Assembly (NCBI GenBank): GCA_035995165.1
Contig: DASYKU010000065.1
Coordinates: forward strand, 1,633-65,632
Origin: Mycobacteriales bacterium
GTDB taxonomy: Bacteria > Actinomycetota > Actinomycetes > Mycobacteriales > CADCTP01
Direction: 5' to 3'
DNA: 64,000 bases
The translations under genes were made by a program, and so were the position numbers. The notes under the pieces were generated by a model. It made no database searches and was not told the origin of the DNA. It saw only the letters and a program-made list of their open reading frames with translations. This document shows positions 1 to 15,423 of the stretch, in pieces; position 1 is the stretch's first letter; every line of letters begins with the position of its first letter.

Positions 1-715
1 CGGCCGGGGCCGGCGCCGCGCTCGGCAGGAGGGCGGTCAGGGCCGCGCCGGTGATGCGGCGGAACTTGCGGGCCGGCCGGGACCGCTCCAGGATCGCGAC
101 CTCCAGCGAGGGCGCCTCCAGGTCCCGGGTCTTGCCGTTGTCCGCGCCGACCGCGCCCAGGCCCCGGATGGCCAGCGCCAGCGCCCCGGGCAGCGTGAGC
201 GTCTCGGAGTAGCCCTCCTTGAGCGCGGCGACGATCGGTTCGCCCTGCCCTCCCAGCACCACGTACTCGGGCTCGTCGAAGATCGCGCCGTCGAACAGGA
301 TCCGGTAGAGCCGGTCCTCGGCCGGGGTGGCCCCGACCTCGCCCACGCAGATCTCCACCTCGTACGGCTTCTGCTGGTCGGTGAAGATCGAGTTCAGCGT
401 CTGCGCGTACGCGTTCGCCAGCGCCCGGCCGGTCACGTCCCGGCGGTCGTAGGAGTAGCCGCGGATGTCGGCCAGCCGGATCCCGGCCACCCGCAGCGTC
501 TCGTACTCGCTGTAGCGGCCGACGGCGGCGAACCCGATCCGGTCGTAGATCTCGCCGACCTTGTAGAGCGTGCTGGACGGGTTCTCGGCCACGAACAGGA
601 CGCCCTCGGCGTACTTGAGGGCGACGACCGGGCGGCCGCGCATGATGTTCTTCCGCGCGTACTCCGCGCGGTCCCGCATGATCTGCTCGGCGGAGGCATA
701 GAACGGCATCGTCAT
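1..715 (-). CDS. prcA: 20S proteasome alpha subunit; the 3' end runs off the window
   Basis: I translated the minus strand by hand from the ATG at 713-715. It reads [38 protein letters not shown]..., a typical bacterial proteasome alpha N-terminus. It lies directly downstream of prcB. It is absent from the ORF track because there is no stop in the window; the track ORF 433..699 is in another frame. Confidence 0.85.
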   Translation of the reverse strand, partial: MTMPFYASAEQIMRDRAEYARKNIMRGRPVVALKYAEGVLFVAENPSSTLYKVGEIYDRIGFAAVGRYSEYETLRVAGIRLADIRGYSYDRRDVTGRALANAYAQTLNSIFTDQQKPYEVEICVGEVGATPAEDRLYRILFDGAIFDEPEYVVLGGQGEPIVAALKEGYSETLTLPGALALAIRGLGAVGADNGKTRDLEAPSLEVAILERSRPARKFRRITGAALTALLPSAAPAPA

Positions 716-734
716 GGTGTGGTGTCCCCTCCGC

Positions 735-1568
735 TCAGATCGGGTTGGCGGTGCGCTCGACGACGATCTCCTCGGCGAACGTGGCGACCTCGTCGTCGGG
801 GATCCGGCGGACACCCTCGGCGTCGGCCACCATGATCACCGGGAAGATCCGGCGGACCAGGTCCGGGCCACCGGTGGCCGAGTCGTCGTCGGCGGCGTCG
901 TAGAGCGCCTCGACCGCGACCCGGACGACCTCGGGCCGGGTCATCCGCGGCCGCCAGAGCTTCTTCAGCGCGCCCCGGGCGAAGATCGAGCCCGAGCCGA
1001 TGCCGGCGAAGTTGTGCTCCTCGTACGGCCCGCCGGTGACGTCGTAGGAGAAGATCCGCCCGGCCGTGCCCGGCGCGGAGCCGTCCAGGTCGAAGCCGGC
1101 GAACAGCGGCAGCACCGCCAGCCCCTGCATGGCCGCGGCCAGGTTGCCGCGGATCATGCTGGCCAGCCGGTTGGCCTTGCCGTCCAGCGTGAGGAGCGTC
1201 AACTCGATCTTCTCGTAGTGCTCCAGCTCCAGCTGGAACAGCCGGATCATCTCGATGCCGATCCCGGCCGTGCCGGCGAAGCCGACCAGGCTGTACGCGT
1301 CCGCCGCCGACACCTTCTCGATGTCGCGCTGGGCGATCATGTTGCCCATCGTCGCCCGCCGGTCGCCCGCCATCAGCACGCCGTCCCCGTACGTCGCCGC
1401 GACGATCGTCGTCGCGTGCGGCGCGAGGTCGCCGAGCTGACCGGGCGGCAGCGGCCGGCGGCCGGGCAGCAGGTCGGGCGCGGCGGACCGCAGGAAGTCC
1501 GAGAACGACGGCATCCCGGCCGCCAGGTACTCGGCGGGCAGCCGCCCGGCTGGGTGGTCAGCGGACAC
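735..1568 (-). CDS. prcB: 20S proteasome beta subunit with propeptide
   Basis: 277-aa ORF. A propeptide is followed by the catalytic Thr context ...[29 protein letters not shown]. It sits between pup and prcA. Confidence 0.95.
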   Translation of the reverse strand: MSADHPAGRLPAEYLAAGMPSFSDFLRSAAPDLLPGRRPLPPGQLGDLAPHATTIVAATYGDGVLMAGDRRATMGNMIAQRDIEKVSAADAYSLVGFAGTAGIGIEMIRLFQLELEHYEKIELTLLTLDGKANRLASMIRGNLAAAMQGLAVLPLFAGFDLDGSAPGTAGRIFSYDVTGGPYEEHNFAGIGSGSIFARGALKKLWRPRMTRPEVVRVAVEALYDAADDDSATGGPDLVRRIFPVIMVADAEGVRRIPDDEVATFAEEIVVERTANPI

Positions 1569-1619
1569 GGAACTCCTCGGTCGTCGTCGTGGACGGGGCC
1601 AGGGTGAGCACCCTAGCGA

Positions 1620-1832
1620 TCACTGCCCGCCCTTCTGGACGTACCCGCGGACGAACTCCTCCGCGTTCTCCTCCAGCACGTCGTCGATCTCGTCGAGGAT
1701 CGCGTCCACGTCCTCGGAGAGCTTCTCGTGCCGCTCCTGGACGTCGGTCTCGGCGGCCGCCTCGACCTCGTCGGTCTCCTCGGTGCGCCGGGTGGCCCTG
1801 CTCTGGCCACCGCCGGTCTCTCGTGTCGCCAT
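1620..1832 (-). CDS. pup: Prokaryotic ubiquitin-like protein Pup
   Basis: 70-aa acidic protein ending ...EEFVRGYVQKGGQ, the C-terminal GGQ hallmark of Pup. It lies immediately upstream of prcB. Confidence 0.95.
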   Translation of the reverse strand: MATRETGGGQSRATRRTEETDEVEAAAETDVQERHEKLSEDVDAILDEIDDVLEENAEEFVRGYVQKGGQ

Positions 1833-2013
1833 CCGAACCTCCGCGTTGCCGGGGTTCCGACATTAGTCGGCGGTCACGACCACGGCACGTGACCCTGCCG
1901 CCGGTTCGCTCCCGGTCGGGCGGCCCAGCGGCGTCTTCCCTCCGCGGCGCTCCATGAACGCGGGCGTGGGGTCGCTGCGGTCCAGACGCCGCCGCGCCCG
2001 ACCTCCCGCTCAC

Positions 2014-3531
2014 TCACCCGCCGGACAGGGCCTCCACGAGCGCGTCCGCCGTGGGCGAACGGTCCAGCAGCGCGCCGACGTGGGCCTTGGTGCCCCGCAG
2101 CGGCTCCAGCGTCGGCACCCGGACCAGCGACTCCCGGCCCAGGTCGAAGATCACCGAGTCCCACGAGGCCGCGGCCACCTGCGAGGCGTAGCGGCGCAGG
2201 CACTCGCCCCGGAAGTACGCCCGGGTGTCCACCGGGGCCGCGTCCACGGCCCCGAGGACCTCGTCCTCGGTCAGCAGCCGCTCCATCGCACCGCGGGCCA
2301 CCAGCCGCGAGTACAGCCCCTTCTCGGGGCGGACGTCGCTGTACTGCAGGTCCACCAGCTGCAGCCGGGGCGAGTTCCAGGCCAGCCCGTCGCGGGACCG
2401 GTAGCCCTCCAGCAGCCGCAGCTTGGCCACCCAGTCCAGCTCCCGGGCGCAGAGCATCGGGTCCTGCTCCAGCCGGGTCAGCACCGACTCCCAGCGGGAC
2501 AGCACGTCCAGGGTCTGCGCGTCGGCGTCGCCGCCGAAGCGGTCCTCGACGTACTTGCGGGCCTGCTCCAGGTACTCCATCTGCAGCTGGACCGCGGTCA
2601 GGGTCCGGCCCGAGCGCATCGTGAGCAGGTGCTTCAGCGAGGCGTCGTGCGAGACCGCGCGCAGCGAGGACACCGGCTCCTCGACCGAGAGGTCCACGGT
2701 GAGGAACTTGTCCTCGATCATGGCCAGCACCAGCGAGGTCGTCCCGACCTTGAGGTACGTCGAGATCTCGGACAGGTTGGCGTCGCCGATGATCACGTGC
2801 AGCCGGCGGTAGCGCTCGGCGTCCGCGTGCGGCTCGTCCCGGGTATTGATGATCGGGCGCTTGAGCGTCGTCTCCAGCCCGACCTCGACCTCGAAGAAGT
2901 CCGCACGCTGGGAGAGCTGGAAGCCCTCGCCCCGGCCGTCCTGGCCGACCCCGACCCGGCCCTGCCCGGCCACGACCTGGCGGGAGACGAAGAACGGGGT
3001 CAGGTGCCGGACGATGTCCGCGAACGGGGTCGCCCGCGACATCAGGTAGTTCTCGTGCGACCCGTACGACTGGCCCTTGTTGTCGGTGTTGTTCTTGTAG
3101 AGCTGGATCGGCGGCTGGCCCGGCACGGACTGGGCCGCCCGCCGGGACGCCTCGGCCATGATCCGCTCGCCGGCCTTGTCCCAGAGCACGATGTCGCGCG
3201 GGTTCGTGCACTCCGGCGTCGAGTACTCCGGGTGGGCGTGGTCGACGTAGAGCCGGGCACCGTTGGTCAGGATGACGTTGGCCAGCCCGGCGTCGTCCTC
3301 GGCCTCCAGGTATTCCGGGCCGAGCGCGCTGCCCAGGTCGAAGCCGCGGGCGTCGCGCAGCGGGGACTCCTCCTCGAAGTCCCAGCGCGCCCGGCGGGTG
3401 CGCGGCACGTCGGCCCGCCCGCCGTAGCCGTTCACGATCTGCGACGACAGCAGCATCGCGTTGGCCCCCGGCTGGCCGGGCACGGAGACCCCGTACTCGA
3501 CCTCGGTGCCCATCACCCGGCGAACCGTCAT
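2014..3531 (-). CDS. dop: Pup deamidase/depupylase Dop
   Basis: I trimmed the track ORF 2014..3837 to the ATG at 3529-3531 ([19 protein letters not shown]...), which has a GAGGGG RBS upstream. It belongs to the Pup-ligase/deamidase family. Its position directly upstream of pup argues for Dop rather than PafA. Confidence 0.9.
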   Translation of the reverse strand: MTVRRVMGTEVEYGVSVPGQPGANAMLLSSQIVNGYGGRADVPRTRRARWDFEEESPLRDARGFDLGSALGPEYLEAEDDAGLANVILTNGARLYVDHAHPEYSTPECTNPRDIVLWDKAGERIMAEASRRAAQSVPGQPPIQLYKNNTDNKGQSYGSHENYLMSRATPFADIVRHLTPFFVSRQVVAGQGRVGVGQDGRGEGFQLSQRADFFEVEVGLETTLKRPIINTRDEPHADAERYRRLHVIIGDANLSEISTYLKVGTTSLVLAMIEDKFLTVDLSVEEPVSSLRAVSHDASLKHLLTMRSGRTLTAVQLQMEYLEQARKYVEDRFGGDADAQTLDVLSRWESVLTRLEQDPMLCARELDWVAKLRLLEGYRSRDGLAWNSPRLQLVDLQYSDVRPEKGLYSRLVARGAMERLLTEDEVLGAVDAAPVDTRAYFRGECLRRYASQVAAASWDSVIFDLGRESLVRVPTLEPLRGTKAHVGALLDRSPTADALVEALSGG

Positions 3532-3560
3532 GCCCCTCAGCCTACGGCCGGGGCGCCCGG

Positions 3561-4229
3561 CTATGCACCGAACGTGACGCCCGCGAGGATCTTGTCCACT
3601 GCCCCGCCGCCGCCGGCGACCGTGTCGTGCTCCCGGAACGCGAGCTGCGAGGTGGGCAGCCACCACATCCGCGGGTCGAAGTTCTGATCCGTGTTCTGGC
3701 AGGTCACGAGCCAGTACCCGTACGCGGCGTTCTTGCTGCCGACCTTGCGGAAGCCGCTCTCGACCGACTTGCTGGTGGCCACCGCGGAGCTGTCGTTCCC
3801 GCTGCCGCAGGACGGCACGTCCGATCCCCACCACCACCCGTTCGGTGCGCCCGGGGCCGGGTCGGAGACCGAGCCGCCGGCGGCCCGGGTCGCCCCGATG
3901 TCGATCACCTCGAGACTGCAGCCGGTGTCGTCGACCAGGGTCAGGCAGAGGTAGCCGCCGTCGTGGGAGGCCGTCGCGACCCCGATCAGCGGGATCGTGG
4001 CCTTGCCGACGGTCACGGTCTTCGTGCCCGGCGGGAGGGTCGTACCCGAGGGGGCCGCGGAGCCCGTGGGAGCGCCGCTGCCGCCCTTGGGCAGCGGCAG
4101 GCTGCTGGCGCCGCCGCCCGCCGGTGCGGTGGCCCCTGCGGCGAGCTCGCCGGTGCCCGGTGTCGTCGTGGCGCAGCCGGCCAGAGCGATCAGCGCGGTG
4201 GTCCCCAGGATGGCGGCGGCTCGGTTCAC
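3561..4229 (-). CDS. Secreted lipoprotein of unknown function, rich in Trp and Cys
   Basis: GTG start at 4227-4229. The N-terminus [22 protein letters not shown] carries a lipobox (LAGC). G/C at the third codon position is consistently high. Only the 3' 669 nt of track ORF 3561..5267 are real; the rest is a shadow of arc. Confidence 0.75.
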   Translation of the reverse strand: MNRAAAILGTTALIALAGCATTTPGTGELAAGATAPAGGGASSLPLPKGGSGAPTGSAAPSGTTLPPGTKTVTVGKATIPLIGVATASHDGGYLCLTLVDDTGCSLEVIDIGATRAAGGSVSDPAPGAPNGWWWGSDVPSCGSGNDSSAVATSKSVESGFRKVGSKNAAYGYWLVTCQNTDQNFDPRMWWLPTSQLAFREHDTVAGGGGAVDKILAGVTFGA

Positions 4230-4330
4230 GGCAGCGACCCTACGTCCCCGCGCGGGGGTCCGCGCCAGCCGGGAACGTGCCGGAGGCCGCCGCCCGGTGA
4301 TACCGGGACGACGGCCTCCGCCGACGGTTA

Positions 4331-6118
4331 CTAGAGGTATTGACCCGTGTTCGAGATGGTGTCGATCGCCCGGCCGGACTCGGCGCCCTTGCCGGTGACG
4401 AGCGTGCGGATGTAGACGATCCGCTCGCCCTTCTTTCCGGAGATACGGGCCCAGTCGTCCGGGTTGGTGGTGTTGGGCAGGTCCTCGTTCTCCCGGAACT
4501 CGTCCAGGCAGGCGGTGACCAGGTGCTGCAGCCGCAGCCCCTTCGTACCGACCTCGAGGAAGTCCTTGATCGCCATCTTCTTGGCCCGGTCCACGATGTT
4601 CTGGATCATGGCGCCGGAGTTGAAGTCCTTGAAGTACAGGACCTCCTTGTCGCCGTTCGCGTACGTCACCTCGAGGAAGCGGTTGTCCTCGGTCTCGGTG
4701 TACATCCGCTCGACGGCGCGCTGGATCATCGCCGAGATCGTCGCCTGCCGGTTGCCGCCGTGCTCCGCGAGGTCGTCCTCGTGGATGGGCAGCGTGGTGG
4801 TGACGTACTTGGTGAAGATGTCCCGCGCGGCCTCCGCGTCCGGCCGCTCGATCTTGATCTTCACGTCCAGCCGGCCCGGGCGCAGGATCGCCGGGTCGAT
4901 CATGTCCTCGCGGTTGGAGGCGCCGATGACGATGACGTTCTCCAGGCCCTCGACGCCGTCGATCTCCGAGAGCAGCTGCGGCACGATCGTGTTCTCCACG
5001 TCGGAGGACACACCCGAGCCACGGGTGCGGAAGATCGAGTCCATCTCGTCGAAGAACACGATGACCGGGGTGCCCTCGCTGGCCTTCTCCCGGGCCCGCT
5101 GGAAGACCAGGCGGATGTGCCGCTCGGTCTCGCCGACGTACTTGTTCAGAAGCTCGGGGCCCTTGATGTTGAGGAAGAACGACCGGCCGGCGTCCTGACC
5201 CCGGACCTCGGCGACCTTCTTGGCCAGCGAGTTGGCCACCGCCTTGGCGATCAGCGTCTTGCCGCAACCGGGCGGGCCGTAGAGCAGGATCCCCTTCGGC
5301 GGGCGCAGCTCGTGCTCGCGGAACAGGTCCGCGTGCAGGAACGGCAGCTCGACCGCGTCGCGGATCTGCTCGATCTGGGACGCCAGGCCGCCGATGTCGG
5401 TGTAGTCGATGTCCGGGACCTCTTCGAGGACGAGCTCCTCGACCTCGGACTTCGGGATCTTCTCGTAGACGTAGCCGGAGCGGGGCTCCAGCAGCAGCGA
5501 GTCGCCCGCGCGCAGCCGCTCGGTCAGCAGCGTGTCGGCGAGGTGCACGATCCGCTCCTCGTCGGTGTGGCCGATGACGAGCGCACGGTCGCCGCCGGCC
5601 AGCAGCTCCTTGAGCATCACCACGTCGCCGGCCCGCTCGAACTCGCGCACGAGGACCACGTTCAGCGCCTCGTTGAGCATGACCTCCTGGCCGACCCGCA
5701 GGCCCTCCAGCTCCACGCTCGGGCTCACGGCCACCCGCAGCTTGCGGCCGCCGGTGAACACGTCCACCGTGCCGTCCTCGTACGTCTGCAGGTAGACGCC
5801 GTAGCCGCTCGGCGGCTGGGCGAGCCGGTCGACCTCCTCCTTGAGGGCGACGACCTGGTCGCGCGCCTCCCGGAGGGTGCCGGTCAGCTTCTCGTTCCGT
5901 TCGGTGAGCGTCGCCACCCGGCTCTGGGCCTCGGCGAGCCGCTCCTCGAGCACCCTGAGGTGGCGAGGGGACTCCGTCAGCCTGCGACGGAGCATGGAGA
6001 CCTCCTCCTCTAGGAAGGAGACCTGCGTCGTGAGCTCGTGAACGTCCTTCTCGTACCTCGAGGCACGGATCTCCTGGTCGTCGGAGTCGCTGGCCACGAT
6101 CACCACCTCCTGCGGCAA
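4331..6118 (-). CDS. arc: Proteasome-associated AAA ATPase ARC/Mpa
   Basis: 595 aa with an N-terminal coiled coil, Walker A GPPGCGKT, and a C-terminus ...NTGQYL (the QYL proteasome-docking tail). The exact start is uncertain by a few codons. Confidence 0.93.
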   Translation of the reverse strand: MPQEVVIVASDSDDQEIRASRYEKDVHELTTQVSFLEEEVSMLRRRLTESPRHLRVLEERLAEAQSRVATLTERNEKLTGTLREARDQVVALKEEVDRLAQPPSGYGVYLQTYEDGTVDVFTGGRKLRVAVSPSVELEGLRVGQEVMLNEALNVVLVREFERAGDVVMLKELLAGGDRALVIGHTDEERIVHLADTLLTERLRAGDSLLLEPRSGYVYEKIPKSEVEELVLEEVPDIDYTDIGGLASQIEQIRDAVELPFLHADLFREHELRPPKGILLYGPPGCGKTLIAKAVANSLAKKVAEVRGQDAGRSFFLNIKGPELLNKYVGETERHIRLVFQRAREKASEGTPVIVFFDEMDSIFRTRGSGVSSDVENTIVPQLLSEIDGVEGLENVIVIGASNREDMIDPAILRPGRLDVKIKIERPDAEAARDIFTKYVTTTLPIHEDDLAEHGGNRQATISAMIQRAVERMYTETEDNRFLEVTYANGDKEVLYFKDFNSGAMIQNIVDRAKKMAIKDFLEVGTKGLRLQHLVTACLDEFRENEDLPNTTNPDDWARISGKKGERIVYIRTLVTGKGAESGRAIDTISNTGQYL

Positions 6119-6494
6119 CCTGCGGTCAAAGTCACCCTACACAGCGGGACCGACACTAAGCCTGTTCGCCGCCGATCCGCTGCCCTGCGCGAAACCCGTC
6201 CGCGTGTCCTTACCCGGTAGGGCAGGCGGATCCTCGGCGCGGACGGGTGAAACGCCGGTCGTCCGCCGGCCACGGGGCCGCCGTGCCGGGCCCGCCGGAC
6301 GGTTCCGGACCGCTACCGGCGGACCGGTCCCGGCCGCCGGACTGCGCACGTCAGAGCGGGTGTGCCAGGCTTCCGGGCGCGGCCGTGCGGCGTCCCGACG
6401 GGCCGGATCCGGGCCAGCGTTTCCCGGTCCGGCCGGCGGCCGGCGGACCCCGCCCGCGGCGGCCGGTGCCCGAACGTGACGGCCGTGAAAATTG

Positions 6495-10681
<4,187 letters not shown>

Positions 10682-10732
10682 CCCGCGCGCCGGGTCGCGG
10701 TCCTGTCGTACCCCGGAGCTAGGGTCGTCGCC

Positions 10733-11674
10733 ATGACCGGAGTGGTGGAGCAGACGGAGCCCGAGCGCGTGCTCGCCGGCTCGCTGTCGCCCTCGCGCGC
10801 GTCGGACTTCAAGACCTGCCCGCTGCTCTACCGGTTCCGCTCGATCGACCGGATCCCGCAGAAGCCGACGACCGACAAAGCCCGCGGGACGCTCGTGCAC
10901 GCGGTGCTGGACCGGCTGTTCGACCTGCCCGCCGGCGCCCGGACGTACGAGGCGGCGGCCGCGCTGGTGGAGCCGGAGTGGGCCGCGATGGCCGCGGCCG
11001 AGCCGGAGACGGCCGAGCTGTTCGCCGCGGGCGGCCTGCCGGAGTGGCTGGACTCGGCCCGCCGGATGGTGGCCGGCTACTTCGCGCTGGAGGACCCGAG
11101 CCGGCTGGAGCCGGCCGCCCGGGAGCAGCTGGTCGAGGCCGTGCTCGACCTGGGCGAGTCCCCCGGCCTGGCCCTGCGCGGGTACGTCGACCGGCTGGAC
11201 GTCGCGCCGACCGGCGAGGTCCGGGTGGTGGACTACAAGACCGGCGCGATCCCCCGGATGGCGTACGAGGCCAAGGCCCTGTTCCAGCTGAAGTTCTACG
11301 CGCTCGTCCTCTGGCGGACCCAGGGCACGGTCCCGCACACGCTCAAGCTGATGTATCTCTCGGACCGGGACACGCTGGCGTACCGGCCGGACGCGGAAGA
11401 GCTGGAGCGATTCGAGCGCACCCTGGTCGCGGTCTGGCGGGCGATCGAGCGGGCGGTGACGACCCGGGACTTCCGGGCCAACCCGAGCCGGCTCTGCGGC
11501 TGGTGCGACTACCAGGCGCTGTGCCCGGCCCAGGGCGGCACCCTGCCGCCGTATCCCGAGCCGACCCCGGCGGCCGACGCGGTCGAACCGGCCGCCGGCA
11601 TCACCCCGGCGGCCGACGCGGTTGGGCCGGCCGCCGACGTCACCGCGGCGGTCGTCGCGGCGCCGACCGGCTGA
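10733..11674 (+). CDS. RecB-family / Cas4-like PD-(D/E)XK exonuclease
   Basis: 313 aa. Nuclease core GYVDRLD...VVDYKTG...QLKFYAL. An N-terminal Cys (KTCPLLY) plus the C-terminal CGWCDYQALC cluster match the Cas4/AddB-type Fe-S arrangement. Its position resembles Rv2119. Confidence 0.8.
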   Translation: MTGVVEQTEPERVLAGSLSPSRASDFKTCPLLYRFRSIDRIPQKPTTDKARGTLVHAVLDRLFDLPAGARTYEAAAALVEPEWAAMAAAEPETAELFAAGGLPEWLDSARRMVAGYFALEDPSRLEPAAREQLVEAVLDLGESPGLALRGYVDRLDVAPTGEVRVVDYKTGAIPRMAYEAKALFQLKFYALVLWRTQGTVPHTLKLMYLSDRDTLAYRPDAEELERFERTLVAVWRAIERAVTTRDFRANPSRLCGWCDYQALCPAQGGTLPPYPEPTPAADAVEPAAGITPAADAVGPAADVTAAVVAAPTG

Positions 11675-11946
11675 CCCCCCGGGGCGTACGGCGGCTGACC
11701 GCGCATCCCTCGTCCGGTGGAGACGCGTCTCCACCCTGCGCGCGATGTGCCCGGCCCCGCGTCTCCGTAGCGTCCTGAGCAGCACCTGAGAACGCCTGTC
11801 ACCGGGCTGAGCCTCGGGGCAACCCCTGAGGAACTCGGGGGTAAACCCCAATGTCCCGGTCGTGCCCGCCCACCTAGCGTTTCTGACGACGAGATGACCT
11901 TTCGGCCCCCGGCCCGCCGGGTGGCCCCCAGAGGGGAGACCACGAC

Positions 11947-12789
11947 GTGACCAGTCCCGAGACCGGCACCCACACCCGGCACCGGGCGGACGAGACGGAC
12001 GGCGGCGTCCGCCACGAGGATGGCGCGGCCGGCGCGCCGGCCGCGCAGGCGATCGACCTGCGCAAGGTCTACGGGACCGGTCAGACCCAGGTCGCCGCGC
12101 TGGACGGTGTGAGCGCGACGTTCCCGGTCGGCCAGTTCACCGCGATCATGGGCCCGTCCGGCTCCGGCAAGTCGACGTTCATGCACTGCCTGGCCGGGCT
12201 GGACCTGCCCACCTCCGGCGAGGTGATCGTCGGCGGCGCCCGGCTGGCCGGCATGTCGGACAAGCGGCTGACCGCGCTGCGCCGGGACAAGGTCGGCTTC
12301 GTCTTCCAGCAGTTCAACCTGCTGCCGACGCTGACGGCCGAGGAGAACATCACGCTGCCGCTGGCGATCGCCGGCCGCAAGCCGGACCGGGCCTGGTTCG
12401 ATCAGGTCGTGGCCGCGGTCAACCTGGCCGACCGGCTCAAGCACCGGCCGACCGAGCTGTCCGGCGGCCAGCAGCAGCGGGTGGCCTGCGCCCGGGCGCT
12501 GATCAGCCGGCCCGCGGTGATCTTCGCCGACGAGCCGACCGGCAACCTGGACTCGCGCAGCTCGGCCGAGGTGCTCGGCTTCCTGCGCCGCTCGGTCGAC
12601 GAGCTCGGTCAGACCATCGTGGTGGTCACCCACGAGCCGTCCGCGGCGGCGTACTCCGACCGCGTCCTGTTCCTGGCCGACGGCCGGATCGTCGACGAGA
12701 TGGCCAACCCCACCGCCGACTCCGTGCTGGACCGGATGAAGACCCTGGAGCACGGCCAGGACAGCATGTACCAGCCGGTGGGTGTGTGA
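11947..12789 (+). CDS. ABC transporter ATP-binding protein (MacB/LolD type)
   Basis: Walker [10 protein letters not shown], signature LSGGQQQR, Walker B IFADEPT. It is translationally coupled to the downstream permease with a 4-nt overlap. Confidence 0.9.
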   Translation: MTSPETGTHTRHRADETDGGVRHEDGAAGAPAAQAIDLRKVYGTGQTQVAALDGVSATFPVGQFTAIMGPSGSGKSTFMHCLAGLDLPTSGEVIVGGARLAGMSDKRLTALRRDKVGFVFQQFNLLPTLTAEENITLPLAIAGRKPDRAWFDQVVAAVNLADRLKHRPTELSGGQQQRVACARALISRPAVIFADEPTGNLDSRSSAEVLGFLRRSVDELGQTIVVVTHEPSAAAYSDRVLFLADGRIVDEMANPTADSVLDRMKTLEHGQDSMYQPVGV

Positions 12790-15347
12790 TGCTGCGGACC
12801 ACCATCAAGTCCCTGCTGGCGCGCAAGCTGCGGCTGACCCTGTCCGCGCTCGCCGTCGTGCTGGGCGTCGCGTTCGTGGTCGGCGCGTTCGTGCTGACCG
12901 ACACGCTCGGGCACACGTTCACCGACCTGTTCAACACCGTCAACAAGAACATCGCGGTCGACGTCCGCGGCGGCGAGATCACCTCCGGCTCGGCCAACAG
13001 CGACGGCGGCGGCCGCGAGGACGTGCCGGCCGCCGCGATCACGGCGATCCAGAAGGTCGACGGCGTCGCCGAGGTGCAGGGCAACGTCGTCGACGCGCGG
13101 GGCAACGACGTCAGCGTGCTCGGCAAGGACGGCAAGGCGCTGTCCACCAACGGCGCGCCGATCATCGCCGGCAACTGGATCCAGTCCGACCGGCTCAACG
13201 AGCAGAAGGTCGTCTCCGGCCGGGCCCCGCAACAGGTCTCGGCGACGCCCGGCGCGCCGCGCGGCCCGACCGAGGTCCTGATGGACGGCCGGCTGGCCGA
13301 CAAGGCCGGGGTGACGGTGGGCGACACCACCACCGTGTTCCTGCCGACCGGGCAGCGGCAGGTGAGCGTCGTCGGCCTGGTCCAGTACTCCAACGGCAAG
13401 GACACCCTCGGCGGCGAGTCCTACCTGTTCTTCACCACCCCGGACGCCCAGCGGCTGCTGCGGGTCCAGGGCTACTCCGACCTGTACGTCGCCTCCGCCG
13501 ACGGCGTCTCCCAGGACCAGCTGCGGAACCGGGTCGCGGCCGCGCTGCCGGGTGGGCTGGAGGCCGTGACCGGCACCCAGCTGGCCGACGAGCAGGCCAG
13601 CGACCTGCAGAAGGGCATCAGTTTCCTCAACACGTTCCTGCTGGTGTTCGCGGCCGTCGCGTTGTTCGTCGGCGCGTTCATCATCTTCAACACGTTCTCG
13701 ATCCTGGTCGCGCAGCGGACCCGGGAGCTGGCCCTGTTGCGGGCGCTCGGCGCCTCCAAGGGGCAGGTGACCCGCTCGGTGCTGCTGGAGGCCGTCGTGG
13801 TCGGCGGCCTGGCCTCGGCGATCGGCCTCGGTGCCGGCATCGGGGTGGCGATCGGGCTGCAGGCGCTGTTCGGCGCGTTCGGTGCCGGGCTGCCGTCGGC
13901 CGCGCCGATCATCGAGCTCCGTACGGTGATCGCGGCCTTCGCGGTCGGCATCATCATCACGTCGGTCGCGGCGCTGCTGCCGGCCCGGCGGGCGGCGAAG
14001 GTGCCGCCGGTGGCGGCCATGCGGGACGCGGCCACGGCCGACCGCTCGCTGTTCCGGCAGACCATCGCCGGGATCGTGCTGACGATCGGCGGCGCGGTGG
14101 CGATGACGTTCGGCCTGACCGGCAGCGGGCTGGCCGTGCTGGGCCTGGGCACGGTGCTGGCGTTCCTCGGCGTGGCGCTGCTGTCGCCGCTGGTGAGCCG
14201 GCCGGTGACCGGGGCGCTGGGGCTGCTGTTCCAGCGGTCGCTGCCGGGCCGGCTCGGCCGGCAGAACTCGCTGCGCAACCCGCGGCGGACGGCGTCCACC
14301 GCGGCGGCGCTCATGATCGGGCTGGCGTTGGTGGCGGCGGTCGGGGTGCTCGGCTCGTCGCTGAAGGACAGCGTCCGCAAGATCGCCTCCGAGGCGATCG
14401 GGGCCGACTACATCGTCTCGCCGACCGCGGTCGGGATGGGTCCGGACGCGTTCGGCGCGGTGCAGAAGGCCCCGGGCGTGGGCATGGTGACCGGGCTGCG
14501 CGGCGGCCAGGCGACCATCGACGGCTCGGACGAGTTCCCGACCTCGGTGTCGGCGGCCGCGCTCGGAACCACCATCGAGCTGTCGCAGAAGGCCGGCGAC
14601 GTCAAGGACCTCGGCCCGGGCACGACGCTCATCTCCGACGACGTGGCCAAGGACAAGAAGCTCTCGGTCGGCTCGACGGTGCCGGTGACGTGGGAGGACG
14701 GTGACAAGGGCAGCCTGCGGGTGGTCGGCGTCTACGCCTCCAACCAGCTGATCGGCAAGTACCTGGTGGACGACTCGGCGGCCTCGCACTTCCACCAGCA
14801 GCTGTACTTCGCGGCGCTGGTCAAGGCCGCTCCCGGGCAGGACGTCGGGCAGCTGCGGCAGTCGCTGGACCAGGCGATGAAGCCGTTCCCGAACATCCAG
14901 GTGCAGAACCAGTCCGAGTTCGTCGGGGACGCGACCAAGCAGATCGACCAGCTGGTGCAGTTCTTCCAGCTGCTGCTGGCGCTCTCGGTCGGCATCGCGA
15001 TCCTCGGCATCGTCAACACGCTGGCGCTGTCGGTGCTGGAGCGGACCCGCGAGCTGGGGCTGCTGCGGGCGGTCGGCATGAGCCGGCGGCAGGTCAAGCG
15101 AATGGTGCGGGTCGAGTCCGTGCTGGTGTCCGTATTCGGCGGGTTGCTGGGACTGGCGGTCGGCGTGGTCTTCGGGGTCGCGTTGCAGCGGGCCCTGATC
15201 AGCCAGGGCGTGACGGAGCTGTCGTTCCCGGTGACGCAGCTGGCGGTCTACCTGCTGCTGGCCGCGGCGGCGGGCATGCTGGCGGCGTGGCTGCCGGCCC
15301 GGCGCGCCTCCCGGCTGAACGTCCTGCGGGCGGTCGCCACCGACTGA
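12786..15347 (+). CDS. ABC transporter permease with duplicated FtsX/MacB-type domains
   Basis: 853 aa. It contains two FtsX-like 4-TM blocks, each preceded by a large extracytoplasmic domain. The conserved RTRELALLRALGASKGQ and RTRELGLLRAVGMSRRQ motifs are both present. Confidence 0.88.
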   Translation: MMLRTTIKSLLARKLRLTLSALAVVLGVAFVVGAFVLTDTLGHTFTDLFNTVNKNIAVDVRGGEITSGSANSDGGGREDVPAAAITAIQKVDGVAEVQGNVVDARGNDVSVLGKDGKALSTNGAPIIAGNWIQSDRLNEQKVVSGRAPQQVSATPGAPRGPTEVLMDGRLADKAGVTVGDTTTVFLPTGQRQVSVVGLVQYSNGKDTLGGESYLFFTTPDAQRLLRVQGYSDLYVASADGVSQDQLRNRVAAALPGGLEAVTGTQLADEQASDLQKGISFLNTFLLVFAAVALFVGAFIIFNTFSILVAQRTRELALLRALGASKGQVTRSVLLEAVVVGGLASAIGLGAGIGVAIGLQALFGAFGAGLPSAAPIIELRTVIAAFAVGIIITSVAALLPARRAAKVPPVAAMRDAATADRSLFRQTIAGIVLTIGGAVAMTFGLTGSGLAVLGLGTVLAFLGVALLSPLVSRPVTGALGLLFQRSLPGRLGRQNSLRNPRRTASTAAALMIGLALVAAVGVLGSSLKDSVRKIASEAIGADYIVSPTAVGMGPDAFGAVQKAPGVGMVTGLRGGQATIDGSDEFPTSVSAAALGTTIELSQKAGDVKDLGPGTTLISDDVAKDKKLSVGSTVPVTWEDGDKGSLRVVGVYASNQLIGKYLVDDSAASHFHQQLYFAALVKAAPGQDVGQLRQSLDQAMKPFPNIQVQNQSEFVGDATKQIDQLVQFFQLLLALSVGIAILGIVNTLALSVLERTRELGLLRAVGMSRRQVKRMVRVESVLVSVFGGLLGLAVGVVFGVALQRALISQGVTELSFPVTQLAVYLLLAAAAGMLAAWLPARRASRLNVLRAVATD

Positions 15348-15360
15348 CCCGTACGCCTCG

Positions 15361-15400
15361 GCGAGGCGCCGGACGGTCCGCGGGCCGTCCGGCGCCTCGC
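15361..15400. terminator. Bidirectional stem-loop between convergent genes
   Basis: Perfect 16-bp inverted repeat gcgaggcgccggacgg / ccgtccggcgcctcgc with an 8-nt spacer. It lies between the permease stop (15347) and the HAD stop (15424). Confidence 0.6.
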
Positions 15401-15423
15401 TCTGCGCAGCGAGCGCGCGTTGT

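Noticed and set aside
3561-5267. A 568-aa minus-strand ORF spanning the lipoprotein gene and part of arc
   Set aside because: Upstream of 4229 it runs out of frame through arc. Only the segment from the lipobox-containing GTG start is coding.
6119-6494. Several 60-290-aa ORFs (6137..6583 minus, 6204..6479 plus, 6247..7122 plus and others) in the arc-trmI intergenic region
   Set aside because: They overlap one another in all frames, are Arg/Pro/Gly-rich, and have no RBS or family resemblance. I treat the region as a 375-bp promoter and leader for arc.
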